From a virus: DNA of 61,427 nucleotides. Location: IMG/VR virus record IMGVR_UViG_3300045988_166584; one strand, written 5' to 3'. Made by a program: the position numbers and the translations under genes. The notes under the pieces are model-generated. The model was given only the letters and a program-made list of their open reading frames with translations. It was not told the DNA's origin and ran no database searches. Each line of letters starts with the position of its first letter. Position 1 is the stretch's first letter. Of the stretch, positions 19,200 through 28,534 are shown one piece after another.

Positions 19200-20287
19200 A
19201 AGCTCTGCACGTTAGTTTCAGGTAATATAATGTTCGCTTCAAAGTCTTGCAGTGATACCCGCTGTTTGACGAAATTTCCCACAGACACATTTACGGCCAT
19301 CCATCTGGCGTTACCGTTATCATCATAGCCCATGAACATATCAACAACAGGAGATGTGGCCATTTGGTAAAGGAAGTCATAAGTTATGCTGTCTATTAAT
19401 GGAGCGCATACGGGAAGTGTCGTTTCTTCCATTTTCCTTTGCTTTCGTCCGCTACCTCCATGGTATCCGTTCTTGTAACTGTAATCCTGCATATTGTTTC
19501 TGATGAACTCTCCGTCATTGGATACCTGCGAAGTCTCGTTTCCTTGCATGAATAGCCAGTAACACCACATTCCATGGCGGTTGATCCATCTCAAGTATAT
19601 TCCACAGTCTGAATTGTCAACCTTACAAGTGATCTTTGTGGCCATATTGAGCAGCCCTCGGAAGGTGAAATCAAAGGTGTGGTCAAAAACAGATGCTGCC
19701 GTATTACTTCCAGGTAGATAAAATTCCACCCTGTCTGAAGCATCTATTCCAGCAAGAATGATATTCCATGCATTTTGTCCTGATAATGCGATAGGGGAGC
19801 TTTCGGAACCATCTATAGTTACTTTTACATTCCCTGATGTTGCAGAGTATAAGCCTACAGAGAATGGGTAGTTTTTGAACCATGTCAGCACTCGGCTTCC
19901 ATTATACTGCTCTCCAACCTTACTGGCTCCCCACAATATGAATACGTTGAACTGGAAGCTGTTTTCAAGTGTTCCTGATTCGTTATACATATCAAGCTCT
20001 ATGCTAAACAGACGTCCTAACTTACTATCTTCGGCGTGAGTTGACTTGTAATCGACTTCTCTGTATTCGTCAAAATAGCTCTGCGTATAGAATGATAGGT
20101 CAAAGAAGCAGGAACCACCGAACGTCGCTCTGTTCTCTCTGTCTGATGTGGCTGTGGTGGTGTCCGTTACCGTTGCAGTAACAGATTGATAGTTTCCGCC
20201 AAGGATATTTATTATCACAGGATTAAAGCAGAATCCTATTTGGTCAGGATATTCAATTGTTGTATTATCTATCGTATGTGTTCTCAT
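19196..20287 (-). CDS. Tail structural protein
   Basis: 363-aa ORF, translationally coupled (ATGA-type overlap) with 17271-19199. Confidence 0.45.
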   Translation of the reverse strand: MRTHTIDNTTIEYPDQIGFCFNPVIINILGGNYQSVTATVTDTTTATSDRENRATFGGSCFFDLSFYTQSYFDEYREVDYKSTHAEDSKLGRLFSIELDMYNESGTLENSFQFNVFILWGASKVGEQYNGSRVLTWFKNYPFSVGLYSATSGNVKVTIDGSESSPIALSGQNAWNIILAGIDASDRVEFYLPGSNTAASVFDHTFDFTFRGLLNMATKITCKVDNSDCGIYLRWINRHGMWCYWLFMQGNETSQVSNDGEFIRNNMQDYSYKNGYHGGSGRKQRKMEETTLPVCAPLIDSITYDFLYQMATSPVVDMFMGYDDNGNARWMAVNVSVGNFVKQRVSLQDFEANIILPETNVQSL

Positions 20288-20753
20288 TGTCGAAATTCAG
20301 ATTTATATGTTCAACTTCTGTTTCATATATAGCCGATACCCTGCTAGCTATATTGTCCACGGTATTTTCTAGATCACGGGAATAGATTTCCTCATGTTTT
20401 CTGTTTCGGTATAGTTCCGTTCCTTCCTTGGCTATCTTTCTAGCGACAAGGTAGGCGAAGGAATCGGGCTTCTTTACTTGTATACCCTTATCTTCCACCC
20501 ATTGGCGGATAATCTTGTAAAATCCTTTCGGAACTTTCCCTGGCCCACGTCCGGTTTCTAGTACCGCGAATGCCTGCCTGCCCCACAAAACGCCTCCGTC
20601 CTCCGACATTTCTACTTTCAGACTGCCCTTTGTCCTTCCACTGGCTACTTGTCCGGCTGCTTCATGGTTGGCTATAATTCGCTTGCGTAACGCTTCCAGC
20701 TCTTCACCTATTATTCTTAGGGTTCCGGCTTTAGTTTCTGCTGCCATATACAA
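20265..20753 (-). CDS. Hypothetical structural/assembly protein
   Basis: 162-aa ORF in the late operon. Confidence 0.45.
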   Translation of the reverse strand: MYMAAETKAGTLRIIGEELEALRKRIIANHEAAGQVASGRTKGSLKVEMSEDGGVLWGRQAFAVLETGRGPGKVPKGFYKIIRQWVEDKGIQVKKPDSFAYLVARKIAKEGTELYRNRKHEEIYSRDLENTVDNIASRVSAIYETEVEHINLNFDNENTYDR

Positions 20754-21195
20754 TCTCTTTCACGCTCTTGTTGCAAATAACAGTACCCATTATCTCTTCT
20801 AACTTAAGTTGGATAACTATTCCGGTTACATTAACATCCAGCTTGTCATAGAAAACAGAATAAGGGATATCTCCTGATATTTCTTTGAACATCCCACTCC
20901 TGTTCAATAGCAATATGAATTCTTTGGCTTTATTCTTGCATCCTTCTATCACTGCATCATTTTCTGTGCCATCAAAATCGAACTTGGTTTTATCCATGAA
21001 TGCCATCATACAGTTAGGGCAGTCTCTTAACTGCTGTCTGCCTAGATTAAAAGTTCCGCTTACAGGAAGGAGATTAAGCACTGCCGGAAATTTAATCTTG
21101 TCCAGTCTTATATTGGCTGTTTGCCAGTTGTCAAAAAGGTAACTTACACCCTCCATGGAGTCTACTATCTTTTTAATTTTTTGCTCTACCGTCAT
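20731..21195 (-). CDS. Hypothetical structural/assembly protein
   Basis: 154-aa ORF in the late operon. Confidence 0.45.
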   Translation of the reverse strand: MTVEQKIKKIVDSMEGVSYLFDNWQTANIRLDKIKFPAVLNLLPVSGTFNLGRQQLRDCPNCMMAFMDKTKFDFDGTENDAVIEGCKNKAKEFILLLNRSGMFKEISGDIPYSVFYDKLDVNVTGIVIQLKLEEIMGTVICNKSVKEIVYGSRN

Positions 21196-21728
21196 TTCTT
21201 CTTACTTAATATGTTTCTTAATCTACGTTCGAATCTTACTCTTTTGGCGTCCATGTCAAGACATTTATATACTCTGACCCATGGCACGCTGTCTACTTCT
21301 GCATGATCAGTGATACCCATGCGCTGCGCATAGTAATCAATCATGCCGAAAGGTCCAAAATTTAGCAATTCGGATCCTGCTTGCTTCTCTTCGGGTGTGG
21401 GTGGTACATTAGTCGACGCGAATAGTTTATTTATTCGTTCAACTTCTTTGGCCACCCATTGTACGAATCCCAGTACATCGCTAGCTGGAAGTTGGGATAT
21501 ATAACGTTTACTCAGCCCCATCAGTACAGTACAGGGAACGAACAATATATCGTGTTCTGTTTCGATGGATTGCAGTTGCATCAGTTCTCCCATATTTATG
21601 TCGTTTAGGGTATCTGGTGTCTTATACTGCCCTAGTTGATAAGGTTTTCTCAGTTCATCCAACTTGGTTCTAATGACCTCGGGTTCGGTGGCAATGCTGC
21701 TTATTGTCAAAAATTCTTTTACTGTCAT
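21192..21728 (-). CDS. Hypothetical protein downstream of terminase
   Basis: 178-aa ORF overlapping the terL stop by 4 nt. Confidence 0.45.
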   Translation of the reverse strand: MTVKEFLTISSIATEPEVIRTKLDELRKPYQLGQYKTPDTLNDINMGELMQLQSIETEHDILFVPCTVLMGLSKRYISQLPASDVLGFVQWVAKEVERINKLFASTNVPPTPEEKQAGSELLNFGPFGMIDYYAQRMGITDHAEVDSVPWVRVYKCLDMDAKRVRFERRLRNILSKKK

Positions 21729-23041
21729 ATCTTTCCTATTTTTGCTTTTGGTCGTTTTGGTGTTGGTTTGATACGGAATATCATTGCCATTATCAGCATA
21801 TCAAGGTAATCTGTGGAATGACCTAATATTTCTTTCATTTTTTCTTTGCTGATTATTCCTTTCTTCCGTGTGTCTGCATCAATATGTGCTTGTTTGAGAA
21901 CTGACAATTCTTCAATGATCCGTTCTCGCTGTGCTTCCGTGCATACAATACGAAGCAATCGATTGTTAATCATATCAGCCAGTTTGAAGGCACACTCTGA
22001 TTTCAAATTGTCAAATTCAGGATTAATAGGTCGTGCTCCTCCATGAAACTCCTTGATACCGTTCAGATAGCTTTCAAGATAGTTCCCCAATCCGTCAGAG
22101 TCCGCAATCATCTTACTACGAGGAATTGAGCATTCTATCATCATCCGCTTCAGGTCTGTTTCAATGGATTTTCCAGTACTGTATTCCTGATCCAGTTTGA
22201 TAAAACACACATTCCCTTTCCAATGACCGGCGATAAATCTGTCTCGTCCCTTCATTGCAAGGTCTGCAGAACCGGTAGATTCACCTGCAGGAGCAATGAA
22301 CTCATTCGTGAACAAGTCACAGATAGCGTCGTAGTTACACAGGGTAGTCGGGTCATTATCATACTCCCAATTGCCGAAATATAGGCGTTCCTTTGTTACC
22401 CGGTCTTTTGTGTTTCGAAGACTTTCGATGTAGTCTTCTGTTGCCCAAGGATTATCCTGCACCAAAGCCTGGATAAATGCATAAGGAGCTTGTAATTTGT
22501 CTTCTTTCCAGAGCTTGTAGAATTCACGGTATAGCCAGTTTTTCTTCGGGTTGCAGGTGATAAGTATCTTTCCGGGTACATGATATACATCGTTCATGTG
22601 GCGGCCGATACGGGTTTTCAAGACTTCGAAGGCAAGGTAGTGCACTTCACCAGCTTCCTCTATCCATCCTCCTGTATATTCCTTAGACCCCAATCGTTCA
22701 TACATCGGATCTTTCACCGGATAATACGTCAAGTCAATATAAACGATTTCACTTCCGTTGTCGAAGGCTATCCCTTCATTTGTTGTCTTGTATGCCGTGA
22801 AGCTGTGAGAAGATGCTACCTTATTGAAGGTCACGGTAACGGACTCACGGCTATCCTTCAAATTATTTCGGCCAACAAACCAGCGAGTACCGGGAAGATA
22901 GTAGGCACATTGCATCAGCCATTCACAGCCTAGCCATGATTTACCACCACCTCCGGCACCACCATACAATAAAAATTTCGTTTTGCTGTCACGAAGAAAA
23001 TTGTATGCCAATCGCTGTTTTAAGTTAACCTTTTGCTCCAT
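21725..23041 (-). CDS. terL: Terminase large subunit
   Basis: 438 aa with Walker A LLYGGAGGGGKSW and a C-terminal nuclease-like region, immediately after the small subunit. Confidence 0.8.
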   Translation of the reverse strand: MEQKVNLKQRLAYNFLRDSKTKFLLYGGAGGGGKSWLGCEWLMQCAYYLPGTRWFVGRNNLKDSRESVTVTFNKVASSHSFTAYKTTNEGIAFDNGSEIVYIDLTYYPVKDPMYERLGSKEYTGGWIEEAGEVHYLAFEVLKTRIGRHMNDVYHVPGKILITCNPKKNWLYREFYKLWKEDKLQAPYAFIQALVQDNPWATEDYIESLRNTKDRVTKERLYFGNWEYDNDPTTLCNYDAICDLFTNEFIAPAGESTGSADLAMKGRDRFIAGHWKGNVCFIKLDQEYSTGKSIETDLKRMMIECSIPRSKMIADSDGLGNYLESYLNGIKEFHGGARPINPEFDNLKSECAFKLADMINNRLLRIVCTEAQRERIIEELSVLKQAHIDADTRKKGIISKEKMKEILGHSTDYLDMLIMAMIFRIKPTPKRPKAKIGKI

Positions 23042-23042
23042 A

Positions 23043-23585
23043 TCACTTCAATCTGTCAGCTTCGGGAGTATAGGGAAGAAAGTCAAATCCGTTGAAGGGT
23101 TTGCCTTGTGTTGTATGATCCACTTCCTGTTTGTCGGACAACCCTAGCTTTCGGGCTATAATGTTTGCATTGAAAGCGCCAACACAGGCTCCTTCAAATT
23201 GTTGAGTCTCGATGGTTTCTTCCACCCGCGCGATGACGTGCAAAAAATCTTCATCATTTTTTTTCATGCATTCACTTCTGAAGCTACTCCACCAACGTGA
23301 TGAAGTACCTAGATAGATACATAATCCGGTGAGAGAGTAGGGGCGCTGTGTAGGTGAAACTTCTTGTTGTGTTTGCTGTTCATTAACAGTTTCTGTTCTT
23401 TTACCTTTTTTGCGTCTAACAGGCATGGTACGTTGTATAGCCTTTCTTGTTGTCCATGGGTTTTCATCACACCATTGGAAATATTCGCACGCCGCCTCCC
23501 ATAACGCTTCAGGCGTGGCGAAGAGTTTATCCCTGCCATGCTTGCTGCGTAACATCCAAAACTGATTTCCTTTAGGTGCTGCCAT
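23043..23585 (-). CDS. terS: Terminase small subunit
   Basis: 180 aa. The N-terminus MAAPKGNQFWMLRSKHGRDKLFATPEALWEAACEYFQWCDENPW is typical of Bacteroidetes phage small terminases. Confidence 0.7.
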   Translation of the reverse strand: MAAPKGNQFWMLRSKHGRDKLFATPEALWEAACEYFQWCDENPWTTRKAIQRTMPVRRKKGKRTETVNEQQTQQEVSPTQRPYSLTGLCIYLGTSSRWWSSFRSECMKKNDEDFLHVIARVEETIETQQFEGACVGAFNANIIARKLGLSDKQEVDHTTQGKPFNGFDFLPYTPEADRLK

Positions 23586-23588
23586 TGT

Positions 23589-25010
23589 TTATAGTGTTTT
23601 AAAGATTGGTATAATTTCTTTGTCCAAATCCCATTTGCGATTATTGGGAAGAGGAAGTGTGAATTCATATTGCAACGCTTTCAGATAATCACTCTTACTT
23701 GCGCTCCTTCCGTTGGTTGATGCTACTTGAAATGACGAACCTCTTAACTCTTTTTCTGGGCTTATCTTCATTCCTTTATCGAATATGTTAAAATCCTTTC
23801 CGATGTAAGCTGTGTTTAATCTGACGATGTCAGCTGTGGAATGATAATGCTGGAAGTACCATTCACCAAAACGGAAGTTGGCTGTGAAGTTCTTTGCGTC
23901 AAGAAATACGGCTTTAGAACGATGGTCGTGTGTTTCCTTGCGTTCAGATGATTTCTGGGCGAACAGCAGCGGAATGCCAGACCAGAATATCATTCCTCCG
24001 GGCTTGCATAATGCTGATAACGAAAGTAAGACATTCTTTTCATCCTCTTCTGAGTTCACAGAGTTCAACACGCTATCGCACACAACCATATCGTACAGCC
24101 CGTAGTCCGACAAGGTCTTGCATATGGAAGCACAGTCTTGCCTGATTTCCTTTTCATCAATGATGTCCGCTCCATCTTTGCGGTGGAAGAATTCAATGGC
24201 GTCAATGAGATAGCCTTTTTTCTTCAGTATGGTTGCGTAATCCTTTTGTCCGGCACCGAAATCGAGTATGCGCATATCCTTGGTGATGTATGGTATAACC
24301 TGCGTTTCATACAACGTTGAATGGCTACGCTTGCTTGGAACCCCGTTCTTTTGCCGTAGCCGTGCCCTTTGGGCAAAAGACTGTATATAGGTCTTTCGTT
24401 CCAGATGGGAATACTCGAACACTCCATATTCCTTAGAGAAGTATTTGAGCGCGATTTCTTCTTTCCCTTCTGGAAGGACATATACAAGTAGGTCCATACC
24501 TAATAGTTTTACCGTTTTGGCATATACTGTTGAGATGATCACTTTCCCGGTATGGTCACATACGGCATTTGCAAACTGGCCGTAACGGAGAATCATTTTC
24601 GTAAGGTCAACAACACGTGAGTTGTTTCCTCCTTTGGAAAGAATGGAGATATCTTTGTTGGATACAGTATAAAATCCTTCTGTTCCTTTAGGAAGACTTA
24701 CATTGATTTCTGGTTGGATTTCCGACAACTCACATTCCGCATAGTTGTGAAGTTGGTTGAACCTTACTTCATCGGTGGAGTTTACACCGTCAAGAATAAA
24801 GGCTGGAACATGGGTATACCCAAGCAGCTTCATTGTCTTTGTACGTTGGTGTCCTGCCATGATACGTTTATCCGATTGACGTATGATGATCGGTTTGATA
24901 ATGCCTAATTCCTTGATGGATTTTTTTAAATCTTCTTGTGCTTCATTAGTGAGCAGGCGTGGGTTATATTCTGCCGGGTTCAATATTGATATGTCTATGT
25001 ATTCCATCAT
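23589..25010 (-). CDS. ParB-like N-terminal domain fused to a SAM-dependent methyltransferase
   Basis: The ParB/Srx motif region is NPAEYNPRLL...IMAGHQRTKT. The methyltransferase motif I is MRILDFGAGQKDY, followed by VVCDSVLNSV. Confidence 0.7.
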   Translation of the reverse strand: MMEYIDISILNPAEYNPRLLTNEAQEDLKKSIKELGIIKPIIIRQSDKRIMAGHQRTKTMKLLGYTHVPAFILDGVNSTDEVRFNQLHNYAECELSEIQPEINVSLPKGTEGFYTVSNKDISILSKGGNNSRVVDLTKMILRYGQFANAVCDHTGKVIISTVYAKTVKLLGMDLLVYVLPEGKEEIALKYFSKEYGVFEYSHLERKTYIQSFAQRARLRQKNGVPSKRSHSTLYETQVIPYITKDMRILDFGAGQKDYATILKKKGYLIDAIEFFHRKDGADIIDEKEIRQDCASICKTLSDYGLYDMVVCDSVLNSVNSEEDEKNVLLSLSALCKPGGMIFWSGIPLLFAQKSSERKETHDHRSKAVFLDAKNFTANFRFGEWYFQHYHSTADIVRLNTAYIGKDFNIFDKGMKISPEKELRGSSFQVASTNGRSASKSDYLKALQYEFTLPLPNNRKWDLDKEIIPIFKTL

Positions 25011-25597
25011 AAGCCAAGTAGATTATTAACAAAACCAACCATTACACCGTTCTCATCCAAATATTCAGAAGCCCGTGCTTTCAGTGCTTCCAGTTCGCTT
25101 TCACTGACTGGAATCTTATACCCCTCAAATACTAAATATTTGATATGAGCTCCGGCTTCATAGTTTGCGTTCTTGAGTACATTATGACTGTCTTCTATAT
25201 CTTCTGAAAAATCTGTCGGATCAGGAAAGCTGATGCCTTCCATACCCCAATTAAGCAACTCGTTACAATCCCAGTCAAACAACTTGGTTATGTCCCATTG
25301 TCCGTTGTTAACGTTATCACGTATGATTAGCTCACGTTCCCTTTCCTCCGTCAGGTTGGGAATAAGAACGGTCGGTACTTGTTGCATACCTAGCGATATA
25401 CAGGCATCATACCTTTGGTTTCCGGCTATAATGATCAATTCGCCAGTACGGTCTGACAGGATGATCGGTCGGGCTTCGAAATAATCCGGATTGTTTCGGA
25501 TTGACTCTTTAAGTTTGTCTAGCTGTTCATCCGAAATAGTTCTTGGATTGTTTTCCAGTTTCTTCAGTTCCTCTAGTTTTCTGTAAATAATTTCCAT
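25007..25597 (-). CDS. ParB-like nuclease-domain protein
   Basis: 196 aa with ENNPRTISDEQLDKLKESI and IIIAGNQRYDA. Confidence 0.65.
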   Translation of the reverse strand: MEIIYRKLEELKKLENNPRTISDEQLDKLKESIRNNPDYFEARPIILSDRTGELIIIAGNQRYDACISLGMQQVPTVLIPNLTEERERELIIRDNVNNGQWDITKLFDWDCNELLNWGMEGISFPDPTDFSEDIEDSHNVLKNANYEAGAHIKYLVFEGYKIPVSESELEALKARASEYLDENGVMVGFVNNLLGL

Positions 25598-25612
25598 AAT
25601 TGCTTTTTTTGC

Positions 25613-25620
25613 GTTACAGA
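25613..25620 (-). promoter_or_regulatory. Near-consensus -7 box TACCTTCG of the first late operon
   Basis: One mismatch to TAnnTTTG, 15 nt upstream of ATG 25597. It has the same TACCTT core as 14292-14299. Confidence 0.45.
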
Positions 25621-25661
25621 AACGAAGGTACTTAATAAGGGAGCTAAGGGGAAAAATGAGG

Positions 25662-25680
25662 AAAACAAAGTACTGACACG
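25662..25680 (-). promoter_or_regulatory. Inverted-repeat element ACTGACA-N5-TGTCAAT (copy 2)
   Basis: One arm mismatch. The arms extend to 25656-25686 (caaagtactgaca / tgtcaatactttg). The element ends exactly 41 nt upstream of the -7 box at 25613-25620. Confidence 0.6.
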
Positions 25681-25913
25681 GCTTGTCAATACTTTGTTAT
25701 GTGTGTTATAATTCCTTTGTTGATATCAATGCCGAATTGCTGGTAAGATAAAGAATTACAGGAAAGTATTTCACTGGTAACCTGTAAAGTCTTGCATTCT
25801 TCTTTGATGAACGTTAATATGAAAAGTGGGAAAGATAGATAATGCTTTTTGCAGATTTTTGGAACGGAGTAGAAACGTGACTTTACTTGTTTTCGTTTTC
25901 ATTTCCATTGTAG

Positions 25914-26213
25914 CTATCCTCTGATAATCACATATCTTCCGGCGGCTATTTCACTTCTATACTCGACAGAATAGCCCTTGTCTATAAATGCTCTTATGAC
26001 ATTATCGTGCGCCAACTCCGAAATTTGGTGTCTGTCTTTAGCGTCACTTCCAGTATTTTTTGCCCAACAATGAGGCCAGTTATTTCCCCATCCTACGCCA
26101 TAATGAAAGTAAACACATTCACCTTTCTCTTTGATTTCCGAGAGGATGAAAGATGCAAGTGCGTCTTCCTCGGATTTTCTTCTATTTGATTTTGGTATTT
26201 CTATTGTCAACAT
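25914..26213 (-). CDS. Hypothetical early protein
   Basis: 99-aa ORF, last in the minus-strand array of small genes. Confidence 0.5.
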   Translation of the reverse strand: MLTIEIPKSNRRKSEEDALASFILSEIKEKGECVYFHYGVGWGNNWPHCWAKNTGSDAKDRHQISELAHDNVIRAFIDKGYSVEYRSEIAAGRYVIIRG

Positions 26214-26428
26214 ACTGATTTATTTTTAGCGTCCAACCATTTATCCCGTCTTTCTCTACACGCCTCTAAGGTAGGTGCACAACAAGCAAACAGTTCGCCA
26301 CTTTCAGTGCGATAGTCATATTGGTACATTCTTACTCTCTTACCTTTCAATTTGGTAGTGTAAGTGCAATAGTTTTCTTTACCGGGTTGACATACGCTGC
26401 AACCTCTTTCGTCGTTAATTGAGTTCAT
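26207..26428 (-). CDS. Small Cys-rich hypothetical protein
   Basis: 73 aa with CSVC...C and CC...C cysteine pairs. Confidence 0.5.
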   Translation of the reverse strand: MNSINDERGCSVCQPGKENYCTYTTKLKGKRVRMYQYDYRTESGELFACCAPTLEACRERRDKWLDAKNKSVC

Positions 26429-26437
26429 AATTATTTA

Positions 26438-26725
26438 TCAATACTTACTTAGTAATTTGTAAAACATTCGCCTTTTCTCTATGTATTTAAGACCATTTCG
26501 TCTAAGACCTCGCTTTGATTTTGATACAGTCATTTGGCAACCTGCAACGCCAACGTAGATGCAATTTGAATGATGCCTTTTGGCTTCTTTGAAAGCCCAC
26601 CAAATCGCTTCACGACAATATCTATAGCTATCATTTTGAACCCCCTCGTATCCTCTACTCAAAATGAAGTGGCCTATTTCATTTGCTTCTTCTTCTGAAT
26701 AGCATATTGTGAATATATTATTCAT
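26438..26725 (-). CDS. Hypothetical early protein
   Basis: 95-aa ORF in the packed array. Confidence 0.5.
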   Translation of the reverse strand: MNNIFTICYSEEEANEIGHFILSRGYEGVQNDSYRYCREAIWWAFKEAKRHHSNCIYVGVAGCQMTVSKSKRGLRRNGLKYIEKRRMFYKLLSKY

Positions 26726-27077
26726 CCTTTCTTTGCTTTACTTGTTCAACCAAAAACTTTTTAAAATCATTCTTGTACTGGCTGTGAATGATTTTATACT
26801 GATGGGATAGGTTAGGCAATTGTTTATAACCTTTGCTATACAAGAATTTGGCTACTAATTCAATCTTTTCACGGTTACTGAAACCTCTGTCCTTACACAT
26901 GTTAGTTATACAGACATTTGCCTTGCTGGTAGGCTTCTTTTCAACTGGTGGCATGTATTCATGTCTGCCATAAGCAAGCGTTCTTGGATAGCCAACCGCT
27001 TCACCTAAATACTCACCTGTGATGCAATCAAATTCACCACTAATTAAACTATCTGCTATTTCACCCATAATAATCAA
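26718..27077 (-). CDS. Hypothetical early protein
   Basis: 119-aa ORF overlapping its downstream neighbour by 8 nt. Confidence 0.5.
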   Translation of the reverse strand: MIIMGEIADSLISGEFDCITGEYLGEAVGYPRTLAYGRHEYMPPVEKKPTSKANVCITNMCKDRGFSNREKIELVAKFLYSKGYKQLPNLSHQYKIIHSQYKNDFKKFLVEQVKQRKDE

Positions 27078-27080
27078 TAT

Positions 27081-27278
27081 TTAATGTTTCACATTCAATC
27101 TTTCTTCACTCGTATAAGCCACTACAAGCCCAGTTTCATCATGCTGTATGGTGATGTACTTTTCACCCCTCTCTATGGTGGTAAAGTCGTACATAGAACA
27201 TAACTTACCCAATACTTTGCCCAGTTGCTTCATCAATGGGGATTCGGGACTGATAACTAAAACTAAATCCGCTTTCAT
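27081..27278 (-). CDS. Hypothetical small protein
   Basis: 65-aa ORF in the array. Confidence 0.4.
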   Translation of the reverse strand: MKADLVLVISPESPLMKQLGKVLGKLCSMYDFTTIERGEKYITIQHDETGLVVAYTSEERLNVKH

Positions 27279-27320
27279 AATCGTGCGTATTGTGGTAGCC
27301 CGAAGGCTACCGAATTAAAC

Positions 27321-27521
27321 TTAGAATTTCTCTATTTTGAGGTTATCATTAATGATAAACATACGTCCACATTCTAAAACAACGTGAGTATCTGTGATTC
27401 TTTTCACTACTCTTACTACATCATCGTGCGATATGCGTGGCGTACCGTCTGAATGACGACCATTAGACAAATCACCTGATACTCTATATCTCAAACCTAC
27501 TGTAACTTCATTTACGTTCAT
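27321..27521 (-). CDS. Hypothetical small protein
   Basis: 66-aa ORF in the array. Confidence 0.4.
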   Translation of the reverse strand: MNVNEVTVGLRYRVSGDLSNGRHSDGTPRISHDDVVRVVKRITDTHVVLECGRMFIINDNLKIEKF

Positions 27522-27545
27522 AATCTTCTATATTACCGGATTAAA

Positions 27546-27746
27546 CTATTCAATTTCTATATCTATAATTTGCAGAATGTTATCTGTAATCATGCTATTA
27601 ACACTAAGCTGGGCTGACTTTATGCCGTTGGCAACCATCCATCTTTTTGCTCGGTTGATAGCCGACTGCTTACTACTACCATCGGGTATCAATGCGCCTA
27701 AATCATTGTAATCGCTATCTAACAACTCAAAGTAATATCGCTTCAT
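27546..27746 (-). CDS. Hypothetical small protein
   Basis: 66-aa ORF in the array. Confidence 0.4.
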   Translation of the reverse strand: MKRYYFELLDSDYNDLGALIPDGSSKQSAINRAKRWMVANGIKSAQLSVNSMITDNILQIIDIEIE

Positions 27747-27788
27747 AATCTTCTACATTGCGCAGGGCGAAAGCCCTGCTGGTTAAAC

Positions 27789-27977
27789 TTATGCTATATT
27801 CAGTCTATTATTTCTCATTGCATTCAGTTCTGCTGCCATCTTGTTAGCAGCTTCTTCTGTATCTTCTAAAGAAGCCATGCTCATATCATAGCCATCTATT
27901 ACCATATAATAACCTCTTACCTTCTTTACGTAGAACTCATTTGCCTTATGCTGCTTCATGTAACTTGTTGCTTTCAT
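27789..27977 (-). CDS. Hypothetical small protein
   Basis: 62-aa ORF in the array. Confidence 0.4.
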   Translation of the reverse strand: MKATSYMKQHKANEFYVKKVRGYYMVIDGYDMSMASLEDTEEAANKMAAELNAMRNNRLNIA

Positions 27978-28001
27978 TGCTTTATATCTTTTAATTGTTA
28001 C

Positions 28002-28163
28002 TTATACTTCTTTATAACCTCTTGCATTCAACCATGCGATTGCGCCTTTGAGCGTCTTGAAACGCTTGCTGCTTTCTACCGCTGTGCAAGCTGAATAGTT
28101 CTTTTCGTCATGAATGAACAATGCACCTTCGTTCTCACCTTTCTTATAACTGATAATATTCAT
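28002..28163 (-). CDS. Hypothetical small protein (53 aa, below the ORF-track cutoff)
   Basis: Hand-translated as MNIISYKKGENEGALFIHDEKNYSACTAVESSKRFKTLKGAIAWLNARGYKEV. It is the first gene downstream of the minus-strand -7 box at 28206-28213. Confidence 0.4.
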   Translation of the reverse strand: MNIISYKKGENEGALFIHDEKNYSACTAVESSKRFKTLKGAIAWLNARGYKEV

Positions 28164-28205
28164 ATCTTCTATCTTTTAATTGTTATTACTTCGTTTCTAA
28201 TGATG

Positions 28206-28213
28206 CAAAGATA
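28206..28213 (-). promoter_or_regulatory. -7 box TATCTTTG driving the 28163-25914 gene array
   Basis: Exact TAnnTTTG on the minus strand (plus strand reads caaagata), 42 nt upstream of ATG 28163. Confidence 0.5.
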
Positions 28214-28297
28214 GTATCATTTATAATACAAAATACTATTTATGCGTTAATAAATCATAAAATAGAGTATTATTTATAATACATACTAATAAATAAG

Positions 28298-28305
28298 TAT
28301 TTTTG
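28298..28305 (+). promoter_or_regulatory. -7 box TATTTTTG for the plus-strand island; predicts a leaderless mRNA
   Basis: Exact TAnnTTTG ending 4 nt before ATG 28310. Confidence 0.5.
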
Positions 28306-28309
28306 CATC

Positions 28310-28534
28310 ATGGAAGCAAAAGGAGTAATACATTTGGAAATAAAGGCGACTGGGCTACACAGATACTTCGGTTCGCCATCGGCTATGTATGATAACTATA
28401 CAAGTCAAGAACTCGGAATTGCCCGACAGTCACTTCTGAACTACTGGCAAAAGACGGAGGAACCTTATGAAAATGCTGTTTGCATAATCAGGAAGGGAGA
28501 ATTAGAACGTAAAAAAAAGACAAAAATAGAATAA
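28310..28534 (+). CDS. Small HTH-like protein (NUMOD1-like pattern)
   Basis: 74 aa with the segment YFGSPSAMYDNYTSQELGIARQSLLNYWQK. Its stop overlaps the start of the next gene (TAATG). Confidence 0.5.
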   Translation: MEAKGVIHLEIKATGLHRYFGSPSAMYDNYTSQELGIARQSLLNYWQKTEEPYENAVCIIRKGELERKKKTKIE

